Positions 57,984 to 64,000 of a stretch of DNA of 64,000 nucleotides are shown here, in pieces. This DNA comes from an uncultured Pseudomonadales bacterium. Lineage in GTDB: Bacteria > Patescibacteriota > Microgenomatia > UBA1400 > PJMF01. A program made the position numbers and the translations under genes. Below the pieces are notes generated by a model that saw nothing but the letters and a program-made list of their open reading frames with translations, did no database searches and was not told the origin of the DNA. Positions within the stretch are counted from its first letter, which is position 1; every line of letters begins with the position of its first letter. Location: positions 23,026 through 87,025 of the forward strand of contig CAZBEW010000003.1 of the NCBI GenBank assembly GCA_964491115.1, in the 5' to 3' direction.

Positions 57984-58871
57984 GTGATCGATCAAAACCA
58001 AACAACGCGTCTACTTGAGTTTTTAGCTCTTAGTCCAAAGATTTTTTTATTATTTTCAAGCAGTCAACAGCTAGATATTTTTTTAACGACGCTTGCTTGT
58101 TATTTGTTTTTTCAAGACGTGGCTAATCTTAATCTCGAGCAGTATCCCTTAAAGGAGCCGTTGCTTTTTGGGCCAAAGAAAATTAAGCAAACACTCAATA
58201 GATATGCAGAATTATCCAATTATTTAGAAAGCCAAAAAATATTGTCTATTTGTCAACATGATTTGGGCAGAGAGAATTTATTAATCACTTTTCCTTATCA
58301 GCCGGAGCAAGTTGATCAAGTTTCTTCTCAAATTGGGGACAATGGTCAACGCTTTTATTTGAATATTAAACCTAAAAAAGGTCATTTGCCATTAAATTAT
58401 GAAGACGTTGAGTTTAGTTATGTTGGTGCGAGTGCTGATTTGCTGATTTTATTTGGAATTGATGATTTGTCAGATTTAAAAGATCTTTATTTCAAAAACA
58501 AAGAGCTTTATCAAAACACTCCTTTAATCAGTGTAAATAATTTTTTGCCAGATTTTGGCACGCTCAATTTAGATATCAGTGGAAGTAGTTGCTATGGAGA
58601 AGCGGTTTTTTATTTAATTAAAAATGTGGCTAGTTTAATGAACATCGAGCTAAATTCTCTAGAGAGTATTAAACAATTAGCCGCCTTATTGCTTGCAAGT
58701 ATTAGCTTAAAAACAAACAATTTTAGTCATCCAAAAATGACAACTAACAGTTTTTTGGCAGTGGCAGAACTTTTACAACTAGGGGCTCAGCGCTTAAATT
58801 TAGAACCATCGGCAAAAGCAGTAAAAGCCAAAAAAACAAAAAATACTAAAACAGAAGATCAGCTGGCTTAA
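57984..58871 (+). CDS. Degenerate DHH/NrnA-like protein lacking the catalytic DHH motif
   Basis: ADLLILFG..DL..L, ISVNN..FG.LN, SS..E and A.LLL.SI...T.NF resemble the DHH N-domain; no DHH triad. Confidence 0.6.
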   Translation: MIDQNQTTRLLEFLALSPKIFLLFSSSQQLDIFLTTLACYLFFQDVANLNLEQYPLKEPLLFGPKKIKQTLNRYAELSNYLESQKILSICQHDLGRENLLITFPYQPEQVDQVSSQIGDNGQRFYLNIKPKKGHLPLNYEDVEFSYVGASADLLILFGIDDLSDLKDLYFKNKELYQNTPLISVNNFLPDFGTLNLDISGSSCYGEAVFYLIKNVASLMNIELNSLESIKQLAALLLASISLKTNNFSHPKMTTNSFLAVAELLQLGAQRLNLEPSAKAVKAKKTKNTKTEDQLA

Positions 58872-58890
58872 AATTCTTAACTTAAAATTA

Positions 58891-61704
58891 TTAATGACTG
58901 TTGTGCATAATTATTGCAGTTGTTAGCACACCCAATCGTTGGAAAAGTGGATACTTAGTGGTGTTATTGTTAGTAGTGTCTGGATTACAAGCCACGCCAC
59001 CCATAAAACAATTTGTTAGAGCGCTACTTACAAATTCTGCACTTGGTGATCTGCCCATTACAGCAGTGTAACGATCTATAATATCGTTGCTGTCGCTTGC
59101 TTGAGCTGCTCGATTACAGGTAAATTCAACCGCATCCATACAAAAAATTAGATCCATTTCTTGATGTTTGTCATCGAGCCAATTGGCAGGATAAATATGA
59201 TCATCTCCCTCAAGAGAAACGGGACAATAGCCAGCTGCTCGCCAACGAGTTGGTCGCTCTTGATTTAAAAAGCTGTCAAAAGTACAGTTGCCATTACCTC
59301 CGCCATTATATCTAGCTAAACCCATTAATAATTTTTCGTAATCAAGCTGAACTTGGTCTGGAGCTACACCCTCGATGCCCATTTTTCCTTTCAAATGCTC
59401 CATGGCTGCAGTAGCATCTTCCAAGAGGGTGCCACGTAAAGCACCGCCATCAAAAACTGATTGATTTGGATTCATGCCGCCTTCAATCCAGTGCACCCCA
59501 GCTACTATTTCACAAGGAATACCAGTATCAGCTTCAACTTGACCATATACTGACACTAGTTCTTCTGTAACTCTTGAAGAGACATAAGTTTCAAAATTGC
59601 TTTTAGCAACTTCTGGAATACCAGAAAATTCTGGCAAACCCTCAATTTTTTCAAATGCTAAACCCTCACAGGTGGCTTCTAACTCTCCTGGCATTCGCCC
59701 TCGACAGCGACCTAAAAATAAGTCCTCAACGCGTTCACAAGAAGCAATATATTTGTATGCTTCTTCGGTGGTGCTACGAATTGTGGTCTGAATTTTTCTA
59801 ATGAACCAGCCTAAACCAAAATCGGGGAAGAGAATGGGGTTTTCTGGTTTACCTGCCACAGTTACTCCAAATGTTTTTTCATCACAAATCTCAATGTAGA
59901 TGGGATTTCCTAATGGATCAACTGCGCCACTTGGATCTGGTTCTAGGCGACAATTAGTTTTCCAAGTATAGGCATCACTACTACTATAATTAACATTGCT
60001 ATTTTTTATGGTGTAATATTTTGGTATCGCTCCAGTTTTTCCCTCCATATCAACTACAACATTGTTTTTAACCAGCTCAAACAAAGTATCACGATTCCAA
60101 AAAATACTAAAAGCCTTGTTAACATCTTTTACATTTTCTCCCATTGGTAAAACGAGATAAGCGCGCACTTTGATTTTGTCATCATTATTCAAACTCAATC
60201 CAGGACTACTAACTGTAATATTCCAAGAGAAATTTGTTTCGGTCTTGCTTTCTAATCGATCTAATAATTTAGTATTCAGTGGGTTATTTTTATAAGGATT
60301 ACGGGCAGTGTCATCAAAATATTTAATTGCTGGAGTAAAAAGATCACCCGCTTTCTCAAAAGTAAGATCATTGGTGTTGATGATATCTTCAATGTGTAAA
60401 TCACTGTCCGGATCGTCTAATTCGACCACGCCAATTGCCTCAACATCACAAGAGGGCTCGGCGCCATTAATAATGTCAACTAAAACATTTTCAAGAACGT
60501 TATCCTGTGAGCGCTGACATTGAGGCATGCCAGCACATTTAATTGTTTTTTCATTTTCTGACCAAGAATTAGCTTCGATTGCAGCTTCGGCCAAGGATTC
60601 TCTTGCTAAGTTTTGATCAGCAAAATCTTGGACATTCAGGTCGTGACTTTGTAAAACAGCTTTGGTTAATTCTAGGCTATCAACATTGTCCAAAGTTCGA
60701 GATTTATTGGTGGCAAATTCGGGAATTTTAAAAGCAATGAAAATTGGAGCATCTTTATCGTGGATGCCGCCATTAGTTTGCAAAAATTGCAGCTGACCAT
60801 CGCTTGACGATTGTCTTGGAACTAAAACTAGGAAAGCCAAGCGATAAAGGTTGTCTAAATCGAAGTTAACTTTTTCAATAGCTGCTCGGCTAAGGGCTAG
60901 TGTTTCAGCATCAGCTGAGCTGGTAGTAGCGCCTTCTGGATATAAATCACCACAAATAGTCGAATTTTTTTCAGTTCTTTCTTCCTTAGATCCACTGCTC
61001 AATTCTGGACGGAGATCGTCTAAGCGTTTTTTAATGTTTAAATAGTCAAGATTGGCAGTAGGAATATTTAGTGCTGGATTGCCCTCAATTTTAACTTCTC
61101 TGTTTAAGAAACAATTAATAAAAAATTTACTGCACAATTCTTCAATCACGTCCAAATTGTTTTTCTTATAAAAACACTGCCAATAAGAACTTAATAATCT
61201 GCCAGCTACGCCGGTGGCATTTTCATAATCAAGTGCAGTAAAAGTTTTTTGTAAATTTGCGCCAAACATTCCCTCAAATGAATCATTTTTATCGGTTAAT
61301 TCGCCATCTTCCATCCCTCTTAAAAGAGGAATGCGCGCCTTGTCAAAATCTACATATTGAGGGCTGGTGCCACTAAAAAGTCTGGGTGAGTCGGGAAATT
61401 CAGCAAAATAATCGACAACATCTCCCCAAACACTGGCATCAATTAACCACTCTTTTTGAGCGCAATGAGCTTCATAACCCTGGTCTAAAACCATATTCGA
61501 TAAAAGATCGTCATGAGCACTACTAGCCATGCCTGGATTAAGCACCAGTGGTAATATGTTGTAGGTAGCGGGATCTCTTTTTTCAGGATTAAGATCAAAG
61601 GTTCCAGATGCAGTTGACTCTTGGGCAAAAACAGTAAAATTTGGCTTAGTAAATAAGTTTAACAATAAAAAAAACGTAAACAACAATTTGACAGCTTTTA
61701 GCAC
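58891..61704 (-). CDS. Large secreted Cys-containing protein with a C-terminal lysozyme/lytic-transglycosylase-like domain
   Basis: Signal peptide (VFAQ); TGIPCEIVAGVHWIEGG and LARYNGGG. GTG start 6 nt after TATAAT preferred over TTG 61719. Confidence 0.65.
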   Translation of the reverse strand: MLKAVKLLFTFFLLLNLFTKPNFTVFAQESTASGTFDLNPEKRDPATYNILPLVLNPGMASSAHDDLLSNMVLDQGYEAHCAQKEWLIDASVWGDVVDYFAEFPDSPRLFSGTSPQYVDFDKARIPLLRGMEDGELTDKNDSFEGMFGANLQKTFTALDYENATGVAGRLLSSYWQCFYKKNNLDVIEELCSKFFINCFLNREVKIEGNPALNIPTANLDYLNIKKRLDDLRPELSSGSKEERTEKNSTICGDLYPEGATTSSADAETLALSRAAIEKVNFDLDNLYRLAFLVLVPRQSSSDGQLQFLQTNGGIHDKDAPIFIAFKIPEFATNKSRTLDNVDSLELTKAVLQSHDLNVQDFADQNLARESLAEAAIEANSWSENEKTIKCAGMPQCQRSQDNVLENVLVDIINGAEPSCDVEAIGVVELDDPDSDLHIEDIINTNDLTFEKAGDLFTPAIKYFDDTARNPYKNNPLNTKLLDRLESKTETNFSWNITVSSPGLSLNNDDKIKVRAYLVLPMGENVKDVNKAFSIFWNRDTLFELVKNNVVVDMEGKTGAIPKYYTIKNSNVNYSSSDAYTWKTNCRLEPDPSGAVDPLGNPIYIEICDEKTFGVTVAGKPENPILFPDFGLGWFIRKIQTTIRSTTEEAYKYIASCERVEDLFLGRCRGRMPGELEATCEGLAFEKIEGLPEFSGIPEVAKSNFETYVSSRVTEELVSVYGQVEADTGIPCEIVAGVHWIEGGMNPNQSVFDGGALRGTLLEDATAAMEHLKGKMGIEGVAPDQVQLDYEKLLMGLARYNGGGNGNCTFDSFLNQERPTRWRAAGYCPVSLEGDDHIYPANWLDDKHQEMDLIFCMDAVEFTCNRAAQASDSNDIIDRYTAVMGRSPSAEFVSSALTNCFMGGVACNPDTTNNNTTKYPLFQRLGVLTTAIIMHNSH

Positions 61705-61748
61705 AACTTTATTATACAAGAACTAGAAACGAAGAACTAGCTTCTTTC

Positions 61749-62330
61749 TTAAACTCCTAAAATTGCTATTCCAAAAACTACTTCGATTAATTGGATTATC
61801 CAGTAAGAAGCAAAAAGAATGATAAATCCGATAATAGCTGTAGTAATGATTTGTTTGCCTTCATCCATATTTTTGGAATTAGTAGCACCAGTGAGCATTT
61901 TAACACCAGCTAAAACTAACATGCCAAATAGAATCATCCCAGCTATAGGGAAAGCATATTTCAAAACTTCGCTAATAATTCCGCCTGGAGTTGATAATTT
62001 TTCAGCTTTAGTCGAAAAAAGTTTAAGTGGGTTGAGGTTGTCTAATAGCTCTTGATCTACTGGAGGAATGGGTACGGCTAGAGTGGGAGTAGCTGTTGGA
62101 GCAGCTGTTGGTGGTGGAGAAGCATGGCACCCCGTTGTAGAATCGTACCAGCCGCAACACCATATAGGAGGATTCCAACCAACGTGGACTTTATTTGCAC
62201 AATTACATGCACCATAGGCAAAATATTCTCCGCATTCAGCTGGATCAAGTAGTCCACCTTTTACTGGTTTGGCTGGAAAGGCAAATATTAGAGAAAAAGC
62301 AATTAATAAATAAAGGATTGTTTTTTTCAT
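61749..62330 (-). CDS. Extended pilin: Cys-rich N-domain, PT linker, VirB2-like C-terminus
   Basis: AGVKMLTG....MDEGKQIITTAIIGFIILFASYWI. Confidence 0.72.
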   Translation of the reverse strand: MKKTILYLLIAFSLIFAFPAKPVKGGLLDPAECGEYFAYGACNCANKVHVGWNPPIWCCGWYDSTTGCHASPPPTAAPTATPTLAVPIPPVDQELLDNLNPLKLFSTKAEKLSTPGGIISEVLKYAFPIAGMILFGMLVLAGVKMLTGATNSKNMDEGKQIITTAIIGFIILFASYWIIQLIEVVFGIAILGV

Positions 62331-62333
62331 TTC

Positions 62334-63281
62334 TTATGGTTGTCCAAAACCAGGTATTTTAATAACTGAAACGCCAATAAATTGCAATATGGTCACAGAG
62401 AAAATGATAAATAAGAGTCCTACAATGGCTGAGGTAATGATCTCTTTTGCATCTTGAGTTTTTTTAGGGTCACCTTTAGAGGTAGAAAGCATAAAGGCGC
62501 CAACTAAAATCATAACTAAAACAATGCCTCCACCTAGTATAAGACCGATTCTCATTATTGTATAAATAATGCCTTCAGAACTGCTTGGTATACAGCCAAT
62601 TGCTGTCCAAATTCCTCCCGAATTAAAGCAGGTTATACAACGACTAAAAGCATTGGTGTTGCTGGAACTAATTTGTGTCAAGCAAAGATCAAATTCAGTG
62701 CCTTCAGCATCTGTTGGCTCTGAACTACAACTATTAGGATTACAGCTATTGGACACTATGAAAGGGGCGCTTTGTTTTATATCACATAATATACTTTGGT
62801 TATAAATAATCTTGCGATAAGATACGCCAACAAGATATCTTCCCTCTTCTTCATCGATCATTAGGGAAGCGGAAGCCGTATTATTTATAATATCTGCTGT
62901 CGCTTCCGAGGAAGTCGCAACAGCCCTATCACCAACCATTTTCCTTAGTGTAAACCTAACTTTTTCTGGAATTATTGAGCTATCATTTTTAGGATCGTTC
63001 CAAGTGAGATTCTCAATTGTAATATTTACGTCTGAGCCAGATTGAATGCAACTTGGGGGGTAGTAACATTTTTTTCCATCTCTTTCTTGATAAATTTGGA
63101 AACCTGATGCTGTAAAAGTTGCATCTAAGACTGATGGAGGATTAAGACCACCAGTAAACCACAAACACTGTCCTGGTACAAAGTCATCAGCAAAAACCGA
63201 AAATTGGCTCTTTTGAAATTTTGTAACAAGTGAGGTTAATAGTAGGAGTGATAACAATATTCTCAATATTTTATTTTTCAC
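62334..63281 (-). CDS. Extended pilin: about 200-aa Cys/beta N-domain, WTAIGCIP motif, VirB2-like C-terminus
   Basis: TSKGDPKKTQDAKEIITSAIVGLLFIIFS. Confidence 0.75.
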   Translation of the reverse strand: MKNKILRILLSLLLLTSLVTKFQKSQFSVFADDFVPGQCLWFTGGLNPPSVLDATFTASGFQIYQERDGKKCYYPPSCIQSGSDVNITIENLTWNDPKNDSSIIPEKVRFTLRKMVGDRAVATSSEATADIINNTASASLMIDEEEGRYLVGVSYRKIIYNQSILCDIKQSAPFIVSNSCNPNSCSSEPTDAEGTEFDLCLTQISSSNTNAFSRCITCFNSGGIWTAIGCIPSSSEGIIYTIMRIGLILGGGIVLVMILVGAFMLSTSKGDPKKTQDAKEIITSAIVGLLFIIFSVTILQFIGVSVIKIPGFGQP

Positions 63282-63345
63282 CCCTCTATTTTAACTCAAA
63301 AATCTCAATCATAAAAGCAATAGAAAAATTTGTTACAATGAAAAG

Positions 63346-64000
63346 GTGTTAAAGAAGTTATCATCAGCGCTAATTATCCTATTGGTTTTAGTACTGTCGG
63401 GAGTATTAATGCCAACAGCGTTGACTTTTTTGCGTCAACAGCCTCAAGTTTTGGCAATCAGCGATGTCGACAAGCTGCAAGAAGAAATCGACGAACTACA
63501 ACACTTGAAAGAACTATCTGAATCAGCCACCGCTCCTCTAGAAACAGAAGTGGCCAATCTTGAGTCGCGCATTCGTTCAGCTCAGGCTGGAATTAATAGT
63601 GCCAAACAGCAAGCGGTTGAATTAGCTACTAGTATTGAGCAAAGAGAGGAAGACTTAGCTTATCATTATCAACTTTTTGCTAATCGAATTGCCGAAAGTT
63701 ATAGACGGATACGTAGTTTTAATCCTTTAAGCCTAATTTTTTCAAGTCCAAATGCTACTATTTTTAGTAAAAATTTAGTTTATCAAGATTCAGCCAAGGC
63801 TCAAGATGATCGACTAATTCGCTCAATTTCTGGAGAATTAAAGCAATTGGCTGATGATAAGCAAGAATTAGAAGCGACTCAAGTTCATTTAACTGCTCTG
63901 CAAAGTCAACTTGACGGGCAAGCAGATTTTTTTAAGGGGGAAATCGCTAAAGCCAAACAATATCAACAAGAATTGGGTAGTCAAATAGCTGAATTATCGG
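63346..64000 (+). CDS. Secreted coiled-coil protein (PcsB/CwlO-like N-terminus), truncated by the window end
   Basis: Hand translation from GTG: MLKKLSSALIILLVLVLSG...DVDKLQEEIDELQHLKELSESATAPLETEV..., open to 64000; TACAAT 6 nt upstream. Confidence 0.75.
   Translation, partial: MLKKLSSALIILLVLVLSGVLMPTALTFLRQQPQVLAISDVDKLQEEIDELQHLKELSESATAPLETEVANLESRIRSAQAGINSAKQQAVELATSIEQREEDLAYHYQLFANRIAESYRRIRSFNPLSLIFSSPNATIFSKNLVYQDSAKAQDDRLIRSISGELKQLADDKQELEATQVHLTALQSQLDGQADFFKGEIAKAKQYQQELGSQIAELS

Noticed and set aside
712-62805. Numerous 60-140 aa ORFs antisense to or nested in long genes (e.g. 4216-4638, 25685-26008, 34039-34377, 37795-38157, 56855-57205)
   Set aside because: They are shadow ORFs lying inside well-supported genes and show no motifs.
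63338-63352. ATG 63338 as the start of the last gene
   Set aside because: It reads ATG AAA AGG TGT TAA; the open frame begins at GTG 63346.
1-64000. Genetic code 25 (UGA=Gly) as in Gracilibacteria/Absconditabacteria
   Set aside because: Conserved genes are full length under code 11, and TGA ends genes at the expected positions (e.g. 17838, 24893, jag).

Overview
AT-rich bacterial chromosome segment using the standard code (TGA is a stop). Gene content points to a Patescibacteria/CPR genome, probably Microgenomates (inference): arrays of VirB2-like pilins, a DUF4012 protein, an ATP-dependent DNA ligase and isopentenyl-phosphate kinase. Layout: (1) 0.1-12.9 kb is a surface-glycan locus (O-antigen ligase/polymerase, beta-propeller/GH-A fusion, GT, Wzm/Wzt, priming sugar transferase) with an unexplained embedded module of two methyltransferase-fold proteins, a PLP decarboxylase, a QueC-like enzyme, PqqD/RRE and a soluble S26 peptidase. 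(2) 13-27 kb holds a PT-rich surface protein, a rare tRNA-Ile(UAU), isoprenoid genes (IPK, a DUF35 Zn-ribbon/Nudix fusion, polyprenyl synthase), pth, ligase, Fic, nnrD, recF and an ECF sigma. (3) 27.6-30.8 kb is a seven-gene pilin array, followed by uppS, idi, valS and rplY. (4) 39-45 kb is the replication origin, with the all-codirectional order dnaA-oriC-dnaN-rpmH-rnpA-yidD-yidC-jag-rnhA, DnaA boxes and DnaA-trios. (5) 45-63 kb is a T4SS-like locus abutting dnaA: VirB4, PrgI, VirB6-like with a duplicated C-terminal cassette, giant C39-peptidase and lysozyme-like proteins, and extended pilins. Many genes have a -10 hexamer 6-9 nt before the start codon and no Shine-Dalgarno. No CRISPR, rRNA, transposase or integrase was seen. 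All product calls come from motif recognition by eye, not database searches.
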